Below are positions 1-11,977 of a stretch of DNA of 64,000 nt, piece after piece (position 1 is the stretch's first letter; every line of letters begins with the position of its first letter). The stretch covers positions 1,984,001 to 2,048,000 of the forward strand of contig MU058636.1 of the NCBI GenBank assembly GCA_013265495.1. The letters are read 5' to 3'. Both the position numbers and the translations under genes were made by a program. The notes beneath the pieces were generated by a model. It saw only the letters and a list, made by a program, of their open reading frames with translations, did not search any database and was not told the DNA's origin. The stretch comes from Vicugna vicugna. Its lineage: Eukaryota.

Positions 1-799
1 GTCAGGCCTCAGAATCTCTTCACTTCTTGTAACATGGCTCTGACTGTATTATTGTGATAATTGGCTCAATTATCTAACTGGTAACTGAACTTCTATAGGA
101 CAACTTTTTTTAAGGATGAGAATGCATACTTAGTTTTCAAGACATGGACTGTAACTTATGCATAACTCTACAGTATTTATGAGGCCAGTCTTTTTCCCTC
201 GTGATCCATTTTTTTTTTCTCAGTGACATTTCTTTCTAGAAATTTAAACATTTCTTTACACTGATTTCTTAATCTTGTCCTGACATCTTTTTGGAAAACA
301 AATTTTGGAAACAGAAGTTTTTCCACTTCTGAAAACAAAAGAAAACTAACCAAACAACTAACACAAATCTTAAAACAAATACAACAATAACAAAAACTTT
401 CTTTGAAAATTTCTACCTGAATCATTTGTAAGTGCATTTATTTGCTTCAGTGCCAGATTTCTTTCAAGAGCCCTATGATTCCCACCTAGTGCTTAATAAT
501 CTTTTATTTATTTTCTACCAAGAATCTCATGATATGGAATAGTCTGTCTCCTGAACTCATGACAATTGTAAAACAGTCATGCATGCTTTCATTCTAAAAA
601 AATATATGTATATAATATGCTAATCAGAAAATAAAAGAAACTTAATATTTTCCTTATATTGTACAGGTAGGTTGGTGGAGTCTAAATTTATTTTTCATAT
701 GGCTATTGGAGATACTGATAGGGCCCATCTGGCCTCCTTTACTGCTTTTGTGGAGTTCCCTCCTAGGGAGTCTTGAAATGGATTCTATTCTTTTCTCTG

Positions 800-1320
800 C
801 TTTCTTTACAACCCATTTTTTCCTTCAATGCTTGCAGTTTGGTGTTGTCAAAATTTTGCTGAAACTGCTCTCAAAGTTTATCAGAGATCTCCTTAATCAA
901 CAGACCCAGCAGTTCGCTCCAATACTTAGTACTGCTGGCTGCCTTTTTATTTGAAACTCTTTCCTGTGTGCATTCTTGACTCTATTTCATCCCTGGCTTC
1001 TTGTGAGCTTCTATCCTTGACTCACTTCTTCTTTGCTTTCCCTTGTATGCCTAAAGTCTTAAATTTTTATTTCTATTAGAAGTGTGTTCTGAGTTCAAGA
1101 CCCAAATCTTTCATGCCTCCTCGTATCCTTGCATGTAGATACAGATCCCTCTGTCACTGCAGATTTGGCATGTCTGAAACAGTGTGTGTTTTCTGTTCTC
1201 CAGATACACTGCTTTTTTTTATATTCTCTTACGTTCCTTCTTCAGTTAATGGCTTTATCATCTTCCCAGTTACTGAGACTACATATCTTCACTTCTTCCC
1301 TGTTATCACCCACATTCCAC
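800..1320 (+). mobile_element. Ancient LINE-2 fragment
   Basis: Pyrimidine-rich, with L2-like landmarks (ctgaaactgctctc, cagttaatggc...tcttcccagttactgagac). Boundaries approximate. Confidence 0.5.
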
Positions 1321-1384
1321 CATTTATTATGAGAAGGAAATTACTGAGGTTTGACTGCCCATTAATTGAAAGATGATGCATTGG

Positions 1385-1560
1385 GCAGCTTACATTTACC
1401 ATCATATTAAAGCCTTACCACAATGATGACATATTATCCCCATTTGACAAATGTGGAAATTGCAATTTAGAAAAGGCTTATTCTTAGTAAGTGATACAGA
1501 TGGGATTCCAGCCCAGATGTATTAAATTTTAGTCCTGAGATTTCCTACTGTATCTTCTGC
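1385..1560 (-). mobile_element. MIR SINE
   Basis: Reverse MIR core: attatccccatttgacaaatgtggaaattg...tagtaagtgatacagatgggattccagcccag. Confidence 0.6.
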
Positions 1561-2319
1561 CTCCAATCCCCATTCCTTAAAATTCTGCAGTATCTTTTTC
1601 TTCTTTCCTTTTTTTAATACAACTGACATAGAATATACCCTAAGTGTATTTTCTGAATAATTTTTGTCAAATCCCTTCAGGGTCTGTTCTGCCTTTTAGG
1701 GCTGTCTCTTTTTAACTGTCTGAACATACTAAATTCTAATCATATGGAATCTTTCATACCTTATATGATATGAAATGCACTGTCAGTTCTCAGTACCTTT
1801 ATATCTCTGTACCATTGTAAATCGAGACTAAAAAAAAAATCTTTCTTCCCTTTGCCTTTGAGAGTAGCTCAAATGCTACCTTTTCTGTAAATACTTGTTC
1901 CAACACTTCAAAGAAAATTTTTTTTACTGTTTTCACAATACTTGGTGTCATTTAACTGTTTATCTCATTCTGTTTTATATTAAGTTCGTTCACCTGTTTA
2001 TCTTTTCCCACTGGATTGTAAATATGTGTGACTAGGCATGTGTTGTTTATTTTTGTACCCTTAAGGTATTTTGCTTATCTCTGAATGTTGTTTAATTTTC
2101 TTTTCTTAGGCAGTATGTGAAATTTGTGGTAATTTACTTTAAGTATTTGTATATTTTGAAAAGTTGATCATAGGTTTTTTGGGATTTATAGCCACCATAT
2201 ATTATTATTGTGTAGTTTTATTATCATATATGATTTAGAATATAGGGTGGTGATTTCTTTTGAAAGATTAACGGATCTTTTTTTTTTTCATTTTTTGTTT
2301 TGTTTTTTTAAAGTCAAAA

Positions 2320-2801
2320 TTTAACGTTTTCCCAGTGAGACCAGCCTAGGTTCTTGGACTCTTTCATCAATAGAAATTGGTAAGAGGCCAGATGAGAAAT
2401 TCAGGCAAGGCTTTATGGGGGCTCATGCTGTAGCACAAAGGAGCAAAAACAAGTAACAGGTGCCCTTCTTTGCTCCCCAGAGAAGGGTGTGTGTGGCAAG
2501 CTGCTTCCTTAAATGGGGTGAGCGTAGGGGCGGATCAGTGGTTCGGGCCAGAGGGTTGGCTTAGATGGTCTGCCTACCCCCTTGGTGCTGTGTGCAGGGA
2601 TCATGCGCAGTACCTGCTTTTGTTACCGACACCTCAGAAGTGCCTTTTGGGTTTCTGGTCTTTTTGTATCTTGTTCATAATTGCCCCCACTGTGTGCTGT
2701 TACTTTTCGTCCCTTGTACTAAGTTTCTTTGTATTCTGTATCTTGAGGAGATGTTTGTCCAGATGCAGGCACTCCAGTAAAGGATTCCAGCCTGTCTCGC
2801 A
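2320..2801 (-). mobile_element. Probable solo LTR of a lineage-specific endogenous retrovirus
   Basis: About 480-bp GC/CpG-richer block with sharp edges. The minus strand starts TG (TGCGAGACAGG) and has a TATA-like TTTAAG and a CATAAA polyA-like signal in LTR order. No clear TSD; family not identified. Confidence 0.5.
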
Positions 2802-2811
2802 AGTATTTTTG

Positions 2812-2887
2812 ATTTTTTAAAAAAAAATTGTTGAAGTTTAGTTGACTTACAGTGTTTCAGGTGTACAACAGAGAGATTCAGTTATAC
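2812..2887 (-). mobile_element. LINE-1 extreme 3' end fragment
   Basis: ttgttgaagtttagttgacttacagtgtttcaggtgtacaacagagagattcagttata matches the reverse 3' terminus of laurasiatherian L1. Confidence 0.6.
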
Positions 2888-4589
2888 TGATAATTTTTCA
2901 ATTTTCTGAGCCTGGTAGTAGTCTTTCTTACTGTGCTGTGAAGTGACAGAGCGTCTCCATTTTGTACTTTTCTCATGGTCTCAGTCTAAACACCAAGCAG
3001 GTGGCAGATGGAAGGTCACCTGAGACTCCACATTCTTTATTTCACCTAAGTGCAAGTTCACTTTTATCTCCGCCTAGGATGATTGCCCACTGCTCTGCCT
3101 GACCAATCTGTATGTGAATTCACGAGTTTTCGTTTGTTCTGTGATTCCTTAATTCAAATGCCATTGTTCAGGATTGAAATATTACCTACCTTCCAGAATT
3201 GTTGTCAGGATTCAAATTTCTAAGCACATGGTGGTTTGCGCTCTCACCCCTAAACTTTGTCTTTATGTTTATTTTGGGCGCTGTCTCTCAGTTAATGGTG
3301 CTCAGATGTATGTGGCATCGTGCTGGATATAGTATGAGGTAGTGACACTGAGTGTCTTTTAGGGGCTCTCATTTTAATGCTGACTCATTTGAGTAGTTTT
3401 AAAAATTATTTTGAAAATGTTTGTTTTGAAGGGATAACTGTGTTCCCATCCCTCCTGTAAGAATTAGATGTCAACTTGAATGAAAGGCTGGGAAATGCAT
3501 GATTTTGTAAACTTCTCAGGGTATTTATTGTAGGTTAAGATTTACCTAAAAGTAATGACATATCAAATAAAGTCTTCCTCATTTTGTCTTAGACCTTTGG
3601 AAATAGTGGGGTTATGAATCATAAATTACTAGTATTTCTGTTGTTTTAGCTTACCCCAAGAATGATGCTGTGGGGTGTACTAGAAGAGTCATACTTGTTA
3701 ACACCTCTTTTGATGGTGTTTTTCTCCCTGTGGTCTGATTAAATGGTGTTTCTTGTTAAGTATTTTATTTATAAGAATACTCACATTAAAATCTCTTGGC
3801 TCACAAATTCTTCTGTGAATTCTAGTTGCTTATTACTGGTGCTTTTAAGATCCTAGGGAGGTTTTAGAAATTCACTGGATATACTTCACTCCTTAGTTAC
3901 TCACTGATTTTTTTCATGTTATTTAAGGAGATTTCTAGTTTCTATGCCCCAGGAGATGGAGTTTTTTTGAGTTTTAGATGGAGTGGATTCCAATTTATAA
4001 GCGTGAAGCTTCAGCCTCTCTGCTCAGAGTTCCTTAGGGCTTTGAGAAGTCACAGAACTGGGGTGCAGCTAGAATGACACTACTGTAGATGTTCTACTTT
4101 GTCACCCTCAGCACATCCCAGATCTGTTCTTTTCTCTTCTCTGTAGGTGCTCTTCTAAAACTTTAACGTTCTCCGCAAACCTGCTCATGCCCTCTCTGTC
4201 ACTTTTGACTAAATGCTTTGTGTTCTTTAGAGGAGGGGAAAAGAGGGCATGGAGAATGACTTGCCTCGTGTGTTGATTTCTTACCTGTGCACGTTTTCAC
4301 TCATACCCTTCCGTGTCCCTCCTGTCTCAGACAAGAGGTGCTCCTTTACTACATGCTTCAGAGCCTGTCTTTAGTCCCTCTAGCAATTTATTTCATGATT
4401 TATCCCTTTTCAGCTTTGGGCACTCTCCCTTGACGTGATTCCTTCTTCCCAGCATACAGACATGTCATGTTTAATCTCTTCTGTTTTGGAACCCCAGGAC
4501 CAAGGAATGCTACATGAGGAAATGTTCTGTGGAAACATTTGGAAAACTGGTGATACAATTAGAGAAATACTTCCTATTTAGGGCTACTT

Positions 4590-5780
4590 TTCACCTTTCA
4601 TTCATCCCTCAATCCCCAGTGCTCGCCTTTCCCTCTTACTGCTCTACAGAAACTCTTTTTGCTAAGGTTCCCTAACTACCAAAATTGACCATTCTCACTT
4701 CTGCTGGTTTGTGATGTACTCCATTCCTCTTTCCTTGGAACTGTTGTACCCCTGGCTCTTAGACAGTTCTTTGTTAGTCTCTCTCAAGGACCCCTTGTCT
4801 GTTGCTGTGCCTCCGGGACTACCCCAGGCTCTGTCCTTGATACTCCTCTTTCCCTCCCCACGGTGCCCCCGAGGATCTCACTGCCTTCATTATTTCATCT
4901 GCTCCTGATTCATAGTTGACTTATAGATAATTTTTTTCTCTTCCCAGTCCTCTGCACTCACTCTGAATTCTAGCTTCTTCTGGACATCTTCATTAGTATG
5001 AAATAAGGCTTTTTAAAATTCAGTATGTCTAAATCCAGTTGTCTAACTTGTGAGTTCTTGATTCTTCTGTCCTCTGTGCCACATCCTTCAGCCACTAAGA
5101 TCTGTTGGTTGTGCTACTTTGAAATGCTCTTTACTTTTACTGTAACCGAGGTGCAGTTTGGGCTCATCTTCATTTCTTACCTGGGCTATTATTGTAGTCT
5201 CTTTCATGGTTTCTGCTTCTGGTCTTATGTTTCAAACCACTAGTTGAATGATTATCTGATCTTGTTTCTCATCTTTGTCTTCTGTTCTTTGTCATTAGAA
5301 TAAAATCCAAATCCCTTAGAAAGGTCCCCGGGGTGTCTCTGGATCGCGCTGTGAGTACTGGTGCAGACCTGCTCAGCTGTCTGCAGCGCCTAACGAGTAA
5401 CATGCTCTTCCCGCCTCTGCCTCTGCACGTTCAGTTTCTTTGAACATTTGCTTTGCTTACTCTTCTCTCTGTCTTGACTCAGCAAACTTGTCTTTTAGGA
5501 TTCATTTCAAACTTATGGTCTTATGACCTAATCACTTTCCCATAGCTCTTATGTTGCTATGATTAATGTGTGTATAACTTGTCTTACAGGCTAGCAGTGT
5601 ATGGCACACTATAGACACTTAGTATTTTGTGAAATTGGGTTCAGGGTACATTCTATACATGTGAAATGCTGGCCTGTAAACTGCTAGAACATGGTGCCTG
5701 TGTTTTATGTATGTTTGTTTTTCACATTGCCTAGCACAGTGCCTTTTATTATTAACTATTCAAATAATTGAATGAATTAA
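4590..5780 (+). mobile_element. LINE-2 3' region
   Basis: L2 landmarks in order: ccccaggctctgtccttg, cttacctgggctattattgtagtctc, attagaataaaatccaaatccctt, gcctagcacagtgcc, tail ttgaatgaat. Confidence 0.65.
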
Positions 5781-6544
5781 CCTGGATTAATGATTATATT
5801 GTAAGGTGAGTATTTGGCCTAAAATTTAATGTTCTGAAATTTAATGCTTTGTACATTTTCTTAATCTTTCCTTTGGTACAGTTTCATGACATAAAATATC
5901 ATCATGGGAAAATGTTTGAAAAATCTTAATATATGTTAAAATTTGTGATTAAATCTGGCAGGACTCTGGGCTAGAGAGAATGCCTCTAAGTAAATCTCTC
6001 TTACTGTGCAATGTGACACATAGGTTTTTACTGTTACGTAATTACGGACAGAAGACATACATGGGTTTACAAGGTAATTACTGCTGTACAAGGTAGTTAC
6101 CACCTCTGAAACGTGGCGATGGTCTTCCTCTCTCCTGGACAACTCATGGACTGATCTGAATGGATATTTGTGCTCCTTTTAGGTAGAGTAATATTTTTTC
6201 CAGCTTTATTGAGGTAGTTGACACATAAACAGAAAGAGTAATACTGAGGATGAACTAAGCAGATTATTGAGATTGCTTCTGTGACTGCTAATGATTACTG
6301 TCATTGGAGAACTCTGACTTTGACATGATAAAAGGAGCATTTCATCTGTTTCTGTTTTTAAATGGTTTCTGTCCTACAGATACAGATTTTGCTTTTTTAT
6401 CGACATTGCTCCTACTGGTCTCAGTTTGAATATTGCGTATTCTATGCGACTTATGGTAATACCACTTCATTTAGGGATGATGATTTGCAAAGGAAAGGGA
6501 ATGGTGTAAATGGCTTTGTAATTTACAAATCTTAAACTTTCTGA

Positions 6545-7160
6545 GAAGTTTTTTGGTAAAAATTACATATACTTATCGAAAAAAATACAAATACTACAGA
6601 GAAGTACAAAGAAGGAAGCAAAAATGTCTTCAGTTCCCTCACCACCTAGGGGCACAGTCTCACTTAATGTTTTAGTGAGCATCTTTAGTTGTCATCCTTT
6701 TACACACCTGCATACAGGCACAGACACACACAGACACGCTTTCTCTTTCTCCCCCTCCCTCCCCTCCCCTTTCTCTTAGGCATGTGCACACCATTTTACA
6801 AATAGCAGTTTGGAATAATTACTGTTTTGTGGCCTAATTTTTATTTGATTTTATTCTCAGTAGTGGTATGAGCCTCTTATCTTGGTAAATATATCAATTC
6901 ACATGATTTTTAATGGCTACACACTGTTCTGTGTACTGTAATCCACATAACTGGATCCCTGTTGATAGATATTTTAGTTAGCTGCCTCTCTCCTTTAAAA
7001 AATCATTTAAAAATGTGCTAAATGTAATCTTTCCTACTTGTGTGATTTTTTTTTCCCCTTAGCCCAAATTCCTAGATGTGGGAGTACTAGGTCAAAGGGC
7101 ATACTTATTTTTCATTTTGATGCATAGTATCAAACTGTTCTCAAGAATAGTGTTACCCAT
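6545..7160 (-). mobile_element. Old L1 (L1ME-like) 3' fragment
   Basis: ccctgttgatagatattttag...cctagatgtgggagtactaggtcaaagggc...caaactgttctc typical of reverse L1ME 3' region. Confidence 0.55.
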
Positions 7161-8017
7161 TTCTGGAAAACTTTTGAAAGATGAACTCACAAGCATCTTT
7201 GGAAATTTAAGTACCTATAGTTTTCATGCTCTTAAATACAAAGAATTACTTTAAGCTGAGTTCATGAAAATGTTCATTAACTACGATAACATAAAGCTTA
7301 TTACTAATTGATTTTCATCTGGCAGGTTCTGTTATACACATGCTACTTTCGCCTTGAGACAGTCAAATTATTAGTATGAGAACTTGTATTTAAAAGAACA
7401 CTGATGTGAATCTCTTGGAAGCACTAGTGACCAGCTTTCCTCCACTGTCTCCACAAATCTGAATCTGGTTTATTTAGAAAATCGTATTTCTTCTGTCAGG
7501 ATGTTTATCAGAGGGCTCAGTTTGCTTCAGAAAATTTTCAAATTGTGATATTAGACTAATTTCACAATAGTAGTAGTATTTATATTTAGCTTTTAACTTA
7601 CGAGATGAAACTTGACTGATCTTAAGTAGATCAGTTTCTGAATAACCCAGAAGTTGGATATATTTTGATAAATTTTAAATTGACCATATTTGGATATACT
7701 TTTGAAATAGGAGAAATGACAACCCATTAAGTAAAAAAAAAACCTTCTGGAAACGTGAAGTTGGAGGTTCTGGTTAGCCATTTGACTTCTCCTTTCCATC
7801 GTACATTGTTCCTCTTTATTCTGTGTTATTTATGAACACTGGAGACTAGTGGAAATAGCTCTGAACAGTGCTGCCCTTCATGTCCATGGGTCTCATCTTT
7901 TCATGCCACTTAAGATAATTTTATCAAAGCAAAATATTTGACTGTTTCTGCCTTTTTTCCTCACTATCAGCACCCCATGTTCTGCCTTTCCAAATAATTG
8001 AGTGGAGCCCTTGCCAG

Positions 8018-8018
<1 letters not shown>

Positions 8019-8050
<32 letters not shown>
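8019..8050. repeat. (AC)16 microsatellite
   Basis: Perfect dinucleotide run. Confidence 0.95.
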
Positions 8051-8053
<3 letters not shown>

Positions 8054-10325
8054 CTACCTTGGACATGAATCTTTTGAATTAGTCCCAACTAGGCTCCTTT
8101 GCCACTCTGAGGAGGGAAGAAGAGTAGTGAAGATGGGAGATTTTGTGAAAAAAATAGACAAAGCTAAGATTAGTATCAACATTTTCTCTCTCTTTTTCAA
8201 AATGATTTCACTCAGTTAAGGACAGTGAGGACTTGACCTGATCAATCTAATTGGATTTTAGCAATAAAGTCGTTAAACAAAACTTCCCTTCTCTTTCTTT
8301 CTTCCCATTTCCCCCTCATTTTTCTCCTCTTCTTCTTCCTTTCTTTTTCTGCCTTTCTCTCTCTCATCCTGGCTGAAAAGTAGAAGTAGAATGATTGGAG
8401 TTGAGCAAGACTGAAGTCCAGTTGGTCCGTTGGGACGATGTTGCAATAAACCTGAGTTGAGATGATAACAGCCTTAACTTAGGGCCCTGACAGTGACGTG
8501 GGTAGAAGTAGGTGAAAGTATTTAGGATGTAGAATAGACTCCGTGACTTGATGCTTCCAAGATGGATTATCAAAAGGATAGTTGTGACATACTTTATCTG
8601 TTTAGGAAAGAGATGGTATAGAAAGCACGATAAAACTTGAACAGAAAAACCAACTTTATGTGGAAGTAATGTATTTTTTCATAAATAGTCTGAACTGAGG
8701 GTTGCAAAGCACCTCTTTATTTGTGGGTGTCTGATCTAACCAAAACAAGGAGTTGGCCAAGTTTTATTTATTTATAACTTGAGATGAAACTTGGAACGCT
8801 TTACGTTTTGACAGCATCGCCACTGCATTTGTCTTTGGGCCAAGATGGAAGAACAGGAGTTAGACTTACCCTCTCTCCAGAAACAGCGGAAAACTGAACA
8901 AAATACACGAAACAACAGTTTTCGAGATGTTAGAGATCAGGCAGTGAAGGACAAAGATCCTTGACAGATGGGAAACCAAGGAGGTGAGCCCCGCGATTAC
9001 CTTAGCGCACTGTCTGGAGGCAGCATCCAGGCCTGGTGCCTGGAGTGGGACTTCAAGTGGAGTCTAGTGACCTCTCTAATTAAGGAGCCCAAACTGAAAG
9101 TTTACAGAAGCCAGTGTGGTTATAGTTACCAGAGAAGTACTAGAGAGGAGAGAGCTCATACATAGAGAGCTTTGGTTACTTGCCAAAGTTCCCCTTGAAT
9201 TTTTATCTGAGTACTGATCAGAGAGTAGTAGCGAGGAGGCTACTTAAGCTGGAAAAAGAAATTCTTGAAAAGATCACAGAAACAGTTCTCAGAGCTCATG
9301 TAAGGCAAGAGTTGTTCCTGTTCTCACCAGCCAACATGGGAGACATCATAATTCATGAAGCGTTAAGTAGGGTGACGGGAAGTCTTTTGCCTCAGTAGTT
9401 GGACCAAAATAGCCTTAGACTAAATGCTACTCTCATTTTTCCTAATAAAGCTTAAAATAGCAAGACCTGAAAGAATCAGACTAATTTTTAAGTGGTTTAA
9501 TGACAATGGAGAACAAAGCACAAGGATATTTATAGCAATTAAAAAAAAATCTAGCACTCAACAAGATAAAAGTAACAATATTTGGCATCCAATCAAAAAT
9601 TACCAGGTATGCAAAAAGTAAGAAAATATGACCCTTGGAGAAGAAAATATAATCAGCCAAAGTACGTAAATAGTAAATAAAAGAACATCAAAACAGTTGT
9701 CATAACTATATTTCATATGTTTAGGGAGCTAGAGATTAAACATGTTAGTACAGACAGGGAAGATATTTTTAAAAAATCCAAATCAAACTTCTAAAATTTA
9801 AAACTACAATTTCTGAAATGAAAAATACACTGAATGGGATTAATGACAAATTAGAAATTGTATAAGAAAAGATAGTGAACTTGAAGTTACAGCTATAGAA
9901 ATTATCCAAAAAAAAGTAGAGAAAAAGTGAGCCATGGGATAACCTGAAGCAACCTGGCACACTCTTACCTTTTACCAGGGTTGGGGGAGGTGCAAAGAAG
10001 AAATACTTTAAACAATGGACAAGTATTTTCCAAACTGGATGACAACTGTAAGCCCACAGATACAAGAAACTCAATGAACATAAGCACAAAAGAAACAAGG
10101 CAGGGGCTGGGGTAGAGGTGGGGGGAACTGCACCAAGGCACATACCAAGTAAGCAGCCAGAGGGAAAAAATACTCATTATTGAGGAACAGAGGTACAGAT
10201 GACAGCATGTTTCTTGCTGAAAATAATACAAGCCAGAAGACAGTGGAGCAGTAACTTTAAAAATAAGGAAGAGAAAAAATGTCACCTTAGAACCCTGTTC
10301 TTGGGGAAGACCTCTTACAAGAATG

Positions 10326-10525
10326 CAACCAAATGAGTATGTTTAAAGACTTGTGAAATTTTGAATGACAGTTTGTAGTTTAGTTAAACTTACTGCACCA
10401 GCATGAATTTTATGTTTTTGCAAAACTGGTTCGTTATACAGGATGGTATCTTTGGGGAAAGATGATGAAGGATACTACTTCTGGTGAATCTGAAATAATT
10501 TCAAAATTACAGATTTTTAAAAAAG
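10326..10525 (+). mobile_element. Short L1 3'-end fragment inserted in ORF1 of the host L1
   Basis: L1MC-like 3' terminus (ggtgaatctgaaataatttcaaaattacagatttttaaaaaa) interrupts the ORF1-like caagaatg...aataaatac. Confidence 0.45.
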
Positions 10526-10884
10526 CAGAATAAATACTTTTTAGATACACAAGTGTTGAAAGGATTTACCAACAGTAGGTGTGCACTTCGATAGATGCTA
10601 AAGGACTTCAGGCAGATGGAAGAAAATACCCAGTGGAAACCTGGGTCTGTGCAAACAAGTGAAGAGCACTGAGAACTGTAGCTGCATGAGTATGTGTAAG
10701 AGACTCTCCCCCTTAGTCAAGAAGTCCCTTTGAAAGATAACTGAATGTTGTGGGGTTTATAGCATAGGTAGAAATCAAATAAATGGTGGTAATATCACAA
10801 AGCCTGGGAGGGGAGACATGGAAGTATAGCAGTGTGAGCTTGTTATCCTGTATCTGAAGTGGTTTAAGGCCCAGCGATGGTCGG

Positions 10885-11265
10885 TGTTATGGACTGAATT
10901 GTGTCTTCCCCAGATTACTTTACACCTTAACTCTTAATGTGACTGTAATTGGAAATGAACCTTTAAAGATTTAATTAAGGTTAAATGAGGTTGTAGGGAT
11001 GGGCCCTAATCCAATATGACTGGTATCCTTAGAGGAAGACAAAGACATACCAGGGATGCACGGGTGCAGAGAAAAGGGCTGTTGCTGTGAGAACACAGTG
11101 ACGATGGCTTTCTTCAAGCCAAGGAGAGCTGCCTCAGGAGGAATCAAACCTCTTGGCATGTTGATCTTGAACTCTCTCACCTTCTAGAACTATGAGAAAA
11201 TAAGTTTTTATTGTTTAATCCACTCAATGTGTGACATTTTGTTATGGTCCTAGCAGACTAAGACA
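10885..11265 (+). mobile_element. MLT1B-like MaLR solo LTR (381 bp)
   Basis: TGTTATGGACTGAATTGTGTC...gggccctaatccaatatgactgg...CAGACTAAGACA; TG..CA termini; 5-bp TSD GTCGG/GTCAG. Confidence 0.9.
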
Positions 11266-11876
11266 GTCAGTGATAAGTTAAATATGTATATACTATAGAA
11301 CCTGAGACAGTCACTACAATAACAGAACAGAGAGGATTACAGCTAACAGACCAGGAGAGGAGATAAAATGAAGTTTAAAACAGTCAAGTTAATCCCAAAG
11401 AAGAACAAATAGCAAATAGCCAGATGGTGAGTAGGTTTAGACCCAACCATGTTGGTAATCACAATAAATGTAAGTAGTCTAGACATCCCAATAAAAAGGT
11501 AGAGATTTTCAGATTGGATTAAACAAAAAAGCAAACTCCACCTGTAAGAAGCTGACAAGAAAGCTACTTTAAATATAACCATGAAGTAGATTGAAAGTTA
11601 CACTATGCACTGGTCAAAAGACAGCTGGCATAGCTGTGTTCCTATCAGACAGAGTAGATTTCAGAGCAGAGAATATACTGGGAAACGTTAGATAAAGATA
11701 AAGGGGACAGTTCATTAGGAGCATAGATACACCATTCTTAAAGACGTTTATGCACCTAGTAACAGAAGGTTAAAGTATATGAGACAAAGACTAGTAGAAT
11801 TGCAAGGAGAAATAGACAGTGATAGGGATTTCAATACTCCTCTCTCAGTAATAGAAGAGAAAGAAAATCAGTAAGA

Positions 11877-11977
11877 GGGGTACGGGGTATAGCCCAGTGG
11901 TAGAGCACATGCTTGGTGTGCACAAGGTCCTGGGTTCAATCCTCAGTGCCTGTTAGGAAGAAAAAATAAAATTAAAA
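11877..11977 (+). mobile_element. tRNA-derived SINE (vic-1-like, camelid)
   Basis: A box (tagcccagtggtaga), B box (gggttcaatcc), A-rich tail; similar to three other copies in the window. Confidence 0.8.
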